64,000 bases of DNA from Candidatus Colwellbacteria bacterium (GTDB lineage: Bacteria; Patescibacteriota; Minisyncoccia; UBA6257; Colwellbacteraceae), in assembly GCA_027448785.1 (NCBI GenBank), contig DAIDMW010000002.1:7252-71251 (forward strand). The letters are read 5' to 3'. Within the stretch, counting starts at the first letter, position 1. Each line of letters opens with the position of its first letter. Shown here in pieces: positions 55,941-64,000 of this stretch. A model generated the notes under the pieces. That model saw nothing but the letters and a program-made list of their open reading frames with translations. It was not told where the DNA came from and did no database searches. The translations under genes were made by a program, and so were the position numbers.

Positions 55941-57236
55941 TTAATACTCCGCCAGCTTCCGCGCCTTCTCGTGCTCGCGGATCTTCTGGATCGCCTTCGC
56001 CTCAATTTGTCTGATTCTTTCTCTGGTAACGTTAAACACCTTTCCAACCTCTTCCAACGTGTGCGTGGCGCCATCCTTAAGCCCGAAACGCATCTCGAGT
56101 ATCTGTCGCTCGCGCTCGGTTAATTCGCCGACGATCTCGTTAATCTGATCTCTTAACAACTCGTAAGAGGCCTTCTGTTCCGGTGTCAGGCTCTTCTCGT
56201 CTTTAATCAAATCACCGAGCATCGACTTCTCGTCCTCGCCTCCGATCGGCGACTCCAACGAAACGACCTCCTGCGAGATCTTTTGTATGTTGCGAACCTT
56301 ATCGACATCCATACTCATCTCGATAGCAATCTCCTCGGTCAAGGGTTCGCGCCCCAACTCCTGCGATAAACGCCTCTTGACCTGGGTGTACTTGGAAATC
56401 GTCTCGATCATATGGACCGGAATGCGGATCGTCCTAGACTGGTCGGCCAAGGCGCGTGTAATTGCCTGCCTGATCCACCAAGTGGCGTAAGTCGAAAACT
56501 TAAAGCCCTTGCGGTAGTCGAACTTCTCCACCGCACGGAAAAGTCCGATATTTCCCTCCTGAATCAAGTCGGAAATACTTAAAGGCCCGCGGTTCACATA
56601 TCTTTTAGCAATGGAAACCACCAGTCTTAAGTTCGCTTTGATAAGCCTTTGCCTGGCACCCTCGTCGCCGCGCAGGATTCTCTTTGCCAATTCTTTTTCT
56701 TCGTCGGAAGTCAGAAGAGGCGTCCGTCCGATCTCTCGCAGGTACATCTGGACGTTGTCGGAAACCGGCTCGGTGATGTGCGTCGCCTCCATCAGCTCTT
56801 TCTCGCTTACTTCATCGGACGGAGTTTGGATAAGGGAATCCACGTAAACAACCTTGATATTCTCGCTCTCCAAGCGATCGTAAATTTCTTCCAAAAAAGC
56901 CGGATCGGTCTCGATTCTCGGGAAGTAGTTCAAAATTTCCAAATCAGTGACAAAGCCCTTGCTACGTCCGCGCGAAAGGACCTCGTCGAGCATCTCCTCA
57001 TGCTGCGCGTCGAGCTCGGGCTTTTTAACGCGCTTCGCCGCGGACGGCGCGCGTTTGGCTGGTGCCGCTTTTTTCTTTTTTACGGTTTTAACAACCGCCT
57101 TTTTGGCGGTCTTTTTCTTCGGGCTGGGTTTTACCGCTTTCTTCACATTAGGCTTCTTCGCCGGAGCCTTCTTTATTTTGGCGCGCTTAATTCTAAGCTT
57201 GCCGTAGTGCCTTTTGGCCTGCGTTTTCTTTGGCAT
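55941..57236 (-). CDS. rpoD: Primary sigma factor with Lys-rich N-terminal extension
   Basis: [46 protein letters not shown]. Start taken at ATG 57236. Confidence 0.95.
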   Translation of the reverse strand: MPKKTQAKRHYGKLRIKRAKIKKAPAKKPNVKKAVKPSPKKKTAKKAVVKTVKKKKAAPAKRAPSAAKRVKKPELDAQHEEMLDEVLSRGRSKGFVTDLEILNYFPRIETDPAFLEEIYDRLESENIKVVYVDSLIQTPSDEVSEKELMEATHITEPVSDNVQMYLREIGRTPLLTSDEEKELAKRILRGDEGARQRLIKANLRLVVSIAKRYVNRGPLSISDLIQEGNIGLFRAVEKFDYRKGFKFSTYATWWIRQAITRALADQSRTIRIPVHMIETISKYTQVKRRLSQELGREPLTEEIAIEMSMDVDKVRNIQKISQEVVSLESPIGGEDEKSMLGDLIKDEKSLTPEQKASYELLRDQINEIVGELTERERQILEMRFGLKDGATHTLEEVGKVFNVTRERIRQIEAKAIQKIREHEKARKLAEY

Positions 57237-58962
57237 TTTTGGTATTTTGAATTTTTTTTGAGATTTCGTCAAATTTTTTCAGAGCGGCGACAAGCTCGTC
57301 GTCGTCCTCTCCCTCTTCAAGCGAAGCGATTGTTTTGGCCAGCTCGTTCTTCTCGTTTGCCAGGAATTCAATTTCCAACTCCTGAAGCAGCGCTCGGAAC
57401 TCCGCCTCCAGCCTCTCTTCGTCTCCCAGCAGGTCGGACTCCAGTCCGCCTCGCAGGGAGATAAGGTTTAAAAGGCCTCTAATCTCCAAAGATGGGCTCG
57501 CTCCTTTTTCGGAAAGCGCAAGGTAAGCCGCGCGATACTTTTCGGGCAAGTAATCGGTAAACGTCCCGATGCTGTTTCTCAGATTCTCTTTTTCGCCCGC
57601 CAATCCGAGAAGTCGCAGAGAGATAAGCTCTAATCGGTTTTCCGGCTTCGGTTCGGCGGGGACGGCTGCAGTGTCCGGCGCAAATATTACTTTCTCGTTT
57701 TCTCCCAACTTAATCTTTTCCATCTCCTCAAACAGTTCTCGCTCGCCCACCCCGGTTCGGTGCGACAGCTCCCGGATCCAAAAAGAACGGTCGATCGGGC
57801 TCCAGATCCGGCCAATCTTATCGAGAACCGCGCGAATAGCCAGCTTGCTTGGAGTCCCTTGCTTACCTAAATAGCGGTTAAAAACAAAGTTCATAGCCGG
57901 CTCAGCGTTCCTTACTGCCTCCGCCGCAGCGCCGGGTTTTTTCTCCACCAGTTCCGCTGCGTCCTTGCACTCTCCCCAGCTGGCAACCGAAGCAGTGAAG
58001 TCGTTAGTCGCCGCAAGGTCGATCGCCTTTTCGACAGCCAGCTTGCCGGCCTCGTCGTTATCGAAGCCGATCACCAGCTTGTCGGTCGTTTTGCGCAACG
58101 CGCGCAGATGCTCGGCGGTCAAGGCTGTTCCGGAAGTAGCAACCGCGTTGCGAATGCCATCCTGCCAGCACATTAAAAAATCCATCTGCCCCTCCAGGAG
58201 CGTCGCATACCCGCTTTCGCGGATTTCTTTCTTGCTTTTCCAGAATCCGTACAGAAGCTTGGACTTGGCAAAGATCGGCGTCTCGGGACTGTTAACATAC
58301 TTGCCGACCTCGGGCCGCTCCAGCTCGGGAAGAATGCGGCCGGTAAAGCCGACGATCTTGCCGAAATGGTTGTGAATCGGAAACATTATCCGTCCGCGGA
58401 AGCGATCGATGTACTTGCCGCTGTCGGTGCGGAAAGATAATCCGGACCGCACGATGTCCGCCAGCTCGAACTTGCGCTCGATCAGGTTTACGGTCAGCGC
58501 GTCGAAACTTTCCGGCGCGAAACCGATCTCGAACTCCTCGATCGTATCCATTGAAAGCTTTCTCCCCTCGAGGTACTTCAGCGCGCGGTTGGAGGCGGCC
58601 AAATTATCCTTGAAAAAATCCGCGGCGGCGCGCTGAATGTCATAAAGCACGCCAAACTGCCTCTCCTCAGCTGGAGTGTATCTTTTTAGATCAACGTGGG
58701 CCTTCTCGGCCAGGATACGCAGAGCCTCATAGAATTCGACGTTCTCGTAGAGGGAAACGAATTTCACAACGTCGCCTCCGGCGTTGCAGCCGAAACAATG
58801 CCAGATCTGCCTCTCCGGAGAAACGATGAGAGAAGGGGTTTTTTCAGCATGAAAAGGGCAGATTCCCTTGAAATTCTTGCCGGCCGGCTTCAATTCGATG
58901 TACCCCTTGATGACATCGACTATATCCAGCTTTTCTTTTATTTCCTCGAGCGGAGACGCCAT
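57193..58962 (-). CDS. dnaG: DNA primase
   Basis: [10 protein letters not shown]...[33 protein letters not shown]. Confidence 0.97.
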   Translation of the reverse strand: MASPLEEIKEKLDIVDVIKGYIELKPAGKNFKGICPFHAEKTPSLIVSPERQIWHCFGCNAGGDVVKFVSLYENVEFYEALRILAEKAHVDLKRYTPAEERQFGVLYDIQRAAADFFKDNLAASNRALKYLEGRKLSMDTIEEFEIGFAPESFDALTVNLIERKFELADIVRSGLSFRTDSGKYIDRFRGRIMFPIHNHFGKIVGFTGRILPELERPEVGKYVNSPETPIFAKSKLLYGFWKSKKEIRESGYATLLEGQMDFLMCWQDGIRNAVATSGTALTAEHLRALRKTTDKLVIGFDNDEAGKLAVEKAIDLAATNDFTASVASWGECKDAAELVEKKPGAAAEAVRNAEPAMNFVFNRYLGKQGTPSKLAIRAVLDKIGRIWSPIDRSFWIRELSHRTGVGERELFEEMEKIKLGENEKVIFAPDTAAVPAEPKPENRLELISLRLLGLAGEKENLRNSIGTFTDYLPEKYRAAYLALSEKGASPSLEIRGLLNLISLRGGLESDLLGDEERLEAEFRALLQELEIEFLANEKNELAKTIASLEEGEDDDELVAALKKFDEISKKIQNTKNAKENAGQKALRQA

Positions 58963-59154
58963 TTCGCCCTTATAATACCAAACCTAGGGTTGGTGGCTAG
59001 TATCGCTTAATTTTCCCGCTACCCTGTCAAACTCGCTTATCAACTTTTACTAATCATCTCGGCCTGATCGGCCGGAATGTTTAGTAAAATAAAAAACTAC
59101 CGCTTCTGGATATACCTTCCGCAAGCGGCGAGGTGTTGTGGATGAAATAAAAAA

Positions 59155-60120
59155 CTATTCGCGTTCGGCCACCTCCTCCTTTTTAAGCGCCTGCTCTACC
59201 AAAACGTCCAGAAGCCGCGGGAAACTTATTCCGGACGCTTCGGCCGCTTTGGGGAAAAGACTATTTTTGGTCAGCCCGGGAACGGTGTTGATCTCCAATA
59301 TATAAAGCCGTCCGTCCGAGGCAAGGATGAAATCGCTCCGCGAAAAACCGCAGGCGCCTATCGCCTTATGGGCGCGCAGCGCTCCCTGTTGTATCTCTTC
59401 TATGACAGCGAGCAGGTCGGACATAATGCGCTCTTCGGAAGCGCCAACGGAATATTTAGACTGGTAATCGAAAAACTCTCCAGTCAAAGGAAGTATCTGA
59501 AGCGGTTCCAAAGCCACAACCTTCTCCCCCATCTCTAAAACCGATCCGGCAAACTCCTGTCCGTCAATATATTCCTGAACAATCGCCTCGCGGCCGAACT
59601 GCAAAGCCTTCTCTACCGCCGGCCACACCTCCTCCGCCCTCCGAACCAGACTAACGCCGAAAGACGATCCTTGGTTGGCCGGTTTAATGATTAGCGGGAG
59701 ATCTATGGAAATATTCAGGGGATACCCGCCGCGCCAATCCGCGTCTTGCCGGTTAATCACCTCGAAGCGCGGAACATTTAACCCGACTGCCTGGAACAGC
59801 CTGTAAGAAAGTATCTTGTTCATCCCCAGAGCGCTGGCCAAGACGCCGCTGCCAGTATAAGGGAGGCTTAATCTTTCCAAAAACTTCTGGACCGTTCCGT
59901 CCTCGCCGTATTTCCCATGCAAAGCGATAAAAGCAAGATCAACCTGCCTCGCCAGCTCTTCTGGATCGACCGGCCAACTTCCGTCTCTCTTGATATGCAC
60001 CGGAATCGCCTCGTATTTTTCCGGAGAAAGTTCCGCCAAGACCCTCTTTCCGCTTTCAACCGATACCTCGTGTTCCAACGAAGGCCCGCCGAATAAAACA
60101 GCAATTCTAAGTTTTTTCAC
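59155..60120 (-). CDS. ddl: D-alanine--D-alanine ligase
   Basis: GGPSLEHEVS, ALHGKYGEDG, GSSFG, FDYQSKY, EINTVPG. Confidence 0.96.
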   Translation of the reverse strand: MKKLRIAVLFGGPSLEHEVSVESGKRVLAELSPEKYEAIPVHIKRDGSWPVDPEELARQVDLAFIALHGKYGEDGTVQKFLERLSLPYTGSGVLASALGMNKILSYRLFQAVGLNVPRFEVINRQDADWRGGYPLNISIDLPLIIKPANQGSSFGVSLVRRAEEVWPAVEKALQFGREAIVQEYIDGQEFAGSVLEMGEKVVALEPLQILPLTGEFFDYQSKYSVGASEERIMSDLLAVIEEIQQGALRAHKAIGACGFSRSDFILASDGRLYILEINTVPGLTKNSLFPKAAEASGISFPRLLDVLVEQALKKEEVAERE

Positions 60121-60184
60121 CGTTTAAAGTATAGTTTAGCGGCCGAGTTCAAAGCAAACGCGTTCGAACGCTTTTACCGAATAT

Positions 60185-60634
60185 TTATTCGACGGATCTG
60201 GCCACTTTCCAGCCATCCAAACCGAAATACAATCCTGCGTTCAAATAACGCAAAACAAGCAGCGCAGCCGCGTAAATAATATGCTGGTCGACTAGAAATC
60301 CGTTCGGAACCAAGGGTAAGCTGTTCGCGGCAAAATAATAGAGAAGCATCATGATCGCTCCGAGAAGCGAAGCGATTCTCAACCAGAAGCCGAAGATTAG
60401 CGCAAGGCCGATCAGCATCAACCCCCATTCGTTAGCCACGTTCACCAGACCTATGAGAAGCGGATGGGCTAAGAAGGAATAAAAGCCACTGAAAGTCTTC
60501 GCGCTTTCAAGGAAGCTGGTGGCCGTCCACGAAGCGTTGAGTATCTTGGTTATACCGGCATAAAAGAACAGCCAGCCGAGAAGAATCCTCAAGACAGCGA
60601 CCGCTGTCTTCTGCGACTTGCTTAAATTAAGCAT
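60185..60634 (-). CDS. DoxX family membrane protein
   Basis: LRILLGWLFFYAGITK, GLALIFG..RIA, HIIY, FGLDG. Confidence 0.85.
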   Translation of the reverse strand: MLNLSKSQKTAVAVLRILLGWLFFYAGITKILNASWTATSFLESAKTFSGFYSFLAHPLLIGLVNVANEWGLMLIGLALIFGFWLRIASLLGAIMMLLYYFAANSLPLVPNGFLVDQHIIYAAALLVLRYLNAGLYFGLDGWKVARSVE

Positions 60635-60657
60635 ATCAATTTAAGCATAACTCAAAG

Positions 60658-60875
60658 AAGCGCAAAATAAAAAGCTAAAAGCGAAAAACAACGGCTAGTA
60701 GCTAGCCAAATCCTAAACTTTAAATCCGAAATCCTAAACAAACTCCAATTTACAAATTCCAAATACGAAACACGAATGGGTTTGTAATTTGAGATTTGAT
60801 ATTTCGAATTTGTTTCGGATTTCGATATTAGGATTTCCGATGTTTTGCCTTTTTCGCTTTTAGTTTTGCGCTTCT
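60658..60875. repeat. Heptamer palindromic element, copy 11 (most complete nested form)
   Basis: Outer AAAAGCN arms enclosing AAATCCT/AAATCCG/AAATACG...ATTTCGA/ATTTCGG units. Inverted homolog of 22009-22207. Confidence 0.9.
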
Positions 60876-62879
60876 CTATCTTTTTACCCTCAGCGCCAAG
60901 GCATTGAAAACGACGATTATCGAACTCAAACTCATAAGCAGCGCTCCCCACTCCGGACGAAGAAAGATTCCCCATGGAGACAAAACTCCGGCCGCTATCG
61001 GAATGGCCAGCGCATTGTATCCCGCCGCCCACGCCAAATTTTCCATCATCTTGCGCATAGTTCTTTTACTTAGCCTCAGCAAGTAAAGAACTCCTCGCAA
61101 ATCACTCTCGGCTAAGATGGCATCGGCCGACTCTATGGCGACCTGCGTCCCTCCACCAATTGCCACACCAACATCTGCCTGCTTAAGGCTTGGGGCGTCG
61201 TTCACGCCGTCTCCGACCATCGCTACTAAATTTCCTTTATCCTGCAGCTGCTGAACGATTGACATTTTATTTTCCGGCAAGACCCCGGCAAAATAGAGAT
61301 CGATGCCGAGCGCGGATGCCGCGCGTGCGGCCGCCTCTTCATTATCCCCGGTAATCATCGCTGTTTTAATGCCCATCCGCTTAACGGTCGAAATAACCTC
61401 TTTCGCCTCAGGCCGCAACTCGTCGGCCATCGCCAATATTCCCAGAATTTCTTTTTTGTTCGCCACCCAAGCTAGGCTCTTGCCCTGCCCTGTCAGGCTA
61501 TTGGCCGCATCTTTCCAGGCCGCCACGTCCAGGCCGACGTCCTTAATATATTCCTCGTTGCCGACGAAAATGATTTGGCCTAAAACCTCTCCGCTCCCTC
61601 CCTTGCCGGCAATTGACTGGTAATTATTGGCCGGGCCGAAACTCATGCCTCTGCTGCTTGCCGCTCTGACGATAGCCATGGCGATGAAGTGCATCGAGTT
61701 TACCTCGATCGACGCCGCGGCGCGCAGCACTTCTCCCTCGCTCGTTGTTCTGTTCGGCACGATATCCGTTACCGTAAACTCACCGCTGGTGAGCGTTCCG
61801 GTCTTGTCGAAAACCAGATAGGTTAGCTTGTTCAGCTTTTCGACGGCCTGACCGTCTTTGATCACCACTCCGTTTTTCGCCGCCAGCGAAGTAGCGATCG
61901 TGGTAACCGTGGGAATGGCCAAACCCAAAGCGTGCGGACAAGCGATAACGACGACCGTTATCGCTAGAGTAAGAGCAAACAGCGTCCCATGCGGAGAAAT
62001 AAGATTCCAAAATATAAAAGTCAAAACCCCTCCGCCTAAAGCGGCAATGGTCAGGTAGTTTGCGGCACGATCCGCTAATCTTTCTATTTTCGGACGCGAG
62101 TTCTGCGCCTGTTCGACTAAAGCGGCGACCTGAGCCAAAAAAGTTTCGCCGCCGGCGCGGTTAACCTTGATCGTCAGCGAACCATCATAGTTGACGCTAC
62201 CGCCAATCACTTCGGCGCCGACATCTTTTTTAACTGGCTTTGATTCGCCGGTTAAAAGCGCCTCGCTCACCGACGAAGAACCTCCGACGACTGCCCCGTC
62301 GGCGGGTATTTTTTCGCCCGGGCGCACCATTATCCTGTCTCCTTTGTGCAGGTTAAAACTATCGACGTCTATCACTGAAGAGTCTGAAACAAGATGTGCC
62401 CTCGGAGGAGTCAAGCTCAGCAGTTCGCCGAGGATGCTGCTTGTTCCGCTTACTGCCTTCATTTCTAGCCAATGCCCAAAAAGTAAAATCACTACCAAAG
62501 TCGAGATCTCCCAGTAAAAATCCGGGCCAAAAAAAAGAAAAGTGCTGCCAACGGAGAAAAAGTATCCGGACGCGACCGCCACCGCAACCAAAGTCATCAT
62601 TCCGTAATTCCGCGATTTTAATTCAGAGAATGCTCCGAAAAAAAACGGCCAGCCGCCGTATCCGACGACCAGCGAAGAAAGCGCGAAAGAAATATACGCC
62701 GCGTAGCTGGGCTGGAAAGAAAAACGCAAAGCCTCCTGCACGACCGGCGCCAGCAAAACCACCGGCAAAGACAAGACTAAAGAAATGACAAATCTCTTCT
62801 TAAAATCCTCGGCCATCATCGCATGATGGTTGTGATGGGAGGCGTGACCGATACTTGCAGCCTGTACATTCATCTCCAT
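60876..62879 (-). CDS. Copper-translocating P1B-type ATPase (CopB-like, CPH motif)
   Basis: His-rich N-terminus, [33 protein letters not shown]. Confidence 0.92.
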   Translation of the reverse strand: MEMNVQAASIGHASHHNHHAMMAEDFKKRFVISLVLSLPVVLLAPVVQEALRFSFQPSYAAYISFALSSLVVGYGGWPFFFGAFSELKSRNYGMMTLVAVAVASGYFFSVGSTFLFFGPDFYWEISTLVVILLFGHWLEMKAVSGTSSILGELLSLTPPRAHLVSDSSVIDVDSFNLHKGDRIMVRPGEKIPADGAVVGGSSSVSEALLTGESKPVKKDVGAEVIGGSVNYDGSLTIKVNRAGGETFLAQVAALVEQAQNSRPKIERLADRAANYLTIAALGGGVLTFIFWNLISPHGTLFALTLAITVVVIACPHALGLAIPTVTTIATSLAAKNGVVIKDGQAVEKLNKLTYLVFDKTGTLTSGEFTVTDIVPNRTTSEGEVLRAAASIEVNSMHFIAMAIVRAASSRGMSFGPANNYQSIAGKGGSGEVLGQIIFVGNEEYIKDVGLDVAAWKDAANSLTGQGKSLAWVANKKEILGILAMADELRPEAKEVISTVKRMGIKTAMITGDNEEAAARAASALGIDLYFAGVLPENKMSIVQQLQDKGNLVAMVGDGVNDAPSLKQADVGVAIGGGTQVAIESADAILAESDLRGVLYLLRLSKRTMRKMMENLAWAAGYNALAIPIAAGVLSPWGIFLRPEWGALLMSLSSIIVVFNALALRVKR

Positions 62880-62902
62880 GCCTTTATTATAGCGCGCCAG
62901 TT

Positions 62903-62993
62903 AAGAGCGCAAAGCTTAAAGTGCAAAGCGCAAAAGAACGATCCTAACGAAACGAGTTATTGTTTTTCGCTTTTAGCTTTTAGTTTTGCTCTA
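62903..62993. repeat. Heptamer palindromic element, copy 12
   Basis: AAGAGCGCAAAGCTTAAAGTGCAAAGCGCAAAAGAACG...TTTTTCGCTTTTAGCTTTTAGTTTTGCTC. Abuts the cobO stop. Confidence 0.85.
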
Positions 62994-63527
62994 TCAGAAT
63001 TCCAGTCCCTCCTCCGCATGCTTTCCCTCCTGGTAGGGATGTTTAATTTCGCGCATTTCGGTAACCAAGTCGGCTAGGTCGATGACGTCTTGATCGGCGT
63101 CGCGGCCGGTAAGAAGAAGATGAAATTTTTTAACTTTCTGCAGTTCTTTTACCTCGGCTAAATCCTTCAACACCTCCTCTTTAGAAATAAGTCCCAATTT
63201 CAACGCCACATTGAACTCGTCGGCGATAATAAGATAGTAGCGCAGCGAGCGCGCTGAATCCATCACGCCTTTCCAGGTGTTCTGTGCCGCTTCTTGGTGC
63301 TCCTCGAAAGGCAGTTTGTCACCTAGGATGCCGACGAAGCCCTTGCCGCCTTTAATAATCTTGAACCATTCGCCGAAAGCTGGCGCGACCTTGTCTTCTC
63401 CCGAGATCCACGGCCCCTTGATGAACTGATACATCACCGCCCGCTTGCCATCGCCAATGGCTCGCAAAGCTTGGCCCAAGGCTGCCGTCGTTTTTCCCTT
63501 TCCATTGCCGGTAAAAACTACGATCAT
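62994..63527 (-). CDS. cobO: Cob(I)alamin adenosyltransferase (CobO/BtuR family)
   Basis: VFTGNGKGKTTAALG, QFIKG, DEFN, LTGR, ADLVTEM..IKHP. Confidence 0.93.
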   Translation of the reverse strand: MIVVFTGNGKGKTTAALGQALRAIGDGKRAVMYQFIKGPWISGEDKVAPAFGEWFKIIKGGKGFVGILGDKLPFEEHQEAAQNTWKGVMDSARSLRYYLIIADEFNVALKLGLISKEEVLKDLAEVKELQKVKKFHLLLTGRDADQDVIDLADLVTEMREIKHPYQEGKHAEEGLEF

Positions 63528-63546
63528 TTAAAGAAGTATAGAGGAG

Positions 63547-63707
63547 AAAGCGAAAAGCACAAAACAAAGAAGTGTAAAGTTCAAAGCTAAAAGCGAAAAA
63601 CACTTGCTAGGGACTACGAATGACGGATGGCGGACTAAACCCTAATCCCCAGTCCTTAATCCCCACTTTAACTTTTGCGCTTTTCGTTTTGCGCTTTTAA
63701 TTTTGCG
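63547..63707. repeat. Heptamer palindromic element, copy 13 (inner AGGGACT/AGTCCCT module)
   Basis: Shares the 26-bp GCGGACTAAACCCTAATCCCCAGTCC with copy 1. Abuts the nrdJ stop. Confidence 0.87.
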
Positions 63708-64000
63708 TTATAAACAGAGTCCCCAGCCGCAGTTCGGACAGGTTTTGCATCCTTCTTTGTTAATGAGCTCGGTCTGGCACTTCGGGCAGAACTTGATATC
63801 GTGGGTGATCTCGCTCTCGCTTATCCCGTTCACCACCGTCGCCTGCAGATCCGCGCCCGGCGTCTGATAGATGACCGGTCCTTCGGCTTTAACGTCCTCG
63901 ATTTGTTTCAGCTCTTCCTCCCCTCCCTTGGCCGGCTTCTCTTCCTTGGTTTTTGTTCCGGCAACGAGCACCTGGTTCTGGATAGAACTGTCGCGGAAGA
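63708..64000 (-). CDS. nrdJ: C-terminus of class II (B12-dependent) ribonucleotide reductase (partial)
   Basis: Frame stays open to the window edge: FRDSSIQNQVL (YRDGS..QVL-like) and terminal CPKC...EGCKTCPNCGW zinc ribbon. Adjacent to cobO. Confidence 0.8.
   Translation of the reverse strand, partial: FRDSSIQNQVLVAGTKTKEEKPAKGGEEELKQIEDVKAEGPVIYQTPGADLQATVVNGISESEITHDIKFCPKCQTELINKEGCKTCPNCGWGLCL

Noticed and set aside
59045-59089. Long hairpin between ddl and dnaG
   Set aside because: Most simply the ddl terminator, with no recognisable riboswitch or ncRNA motif.
60652-61032. 126-aa ORF, and similar ORFs at 39509-39748, 21477-21692, 38859-39053, 62823-63077 and 63352-63603
   Set aside because: They are translations of the heptamer repeats or overlap real genes, giving low-complexity K/S/F-rich sequence.
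1-64000. Alternative genetic code (UGA read as Gly, as in Gracilibacteria)
   Set aside because: Conserved genes such as pheT, lysS and cobO end at TGA at expected positions, and long ORFs are intact under code 11.

Overview
The window looks like the core chromosome of a Candidate Phyla Radiation (Patescibacteria, probably Parcubacteria-like) bacterium. This is inferred from the compact gene set, shortened EF-Ts/SMC/RpoA/AlaS, a PilQ-less type IV pilus cluster and standard code 11 with TGA stops. Almost all genes are on the minus strand. Contents: part of the dcw cluster (mraZ-rsmH-ftsL-ftsI-murF, murD-murC), ribosomal and translation genes (including rpmG, rpmF and rpmJ, which the ORF track misses), 8 tRNAs, an L10 leader, pheST, gatCA, ligA, a full type IV pilus/competence locus, serS, lysS, alaS, the alpha operon, dnaG-rpoD, ddl, a CopB-type ATPase and nrdJ(3' end)-cobO. 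No transposase, integrase, reverse transcriptase or CRISPR array is visible. The most striking unexplained structure is a dispersed family of about 13 intergenic palindromic elements built from 7-nt units, with an A-rich left arm and a T-rich right arm. They mostly start within a few bases of stop codons or tRNA 3' ends and carry nested, reusable inner heptamer modules of different sequence classes. Other highlights: a ~170-bp structured mini-element bounded by a duplicated tRNA 3' end, widespread near-leaderless promoters plus a recurrent AAAGGTCGA 5' motif, a DnaA-box cluster upstream of mraZ, and two exported paralogs built from phage tail-fibre-like modules. All calls come from reading the sequence by eye; no database searches were run.
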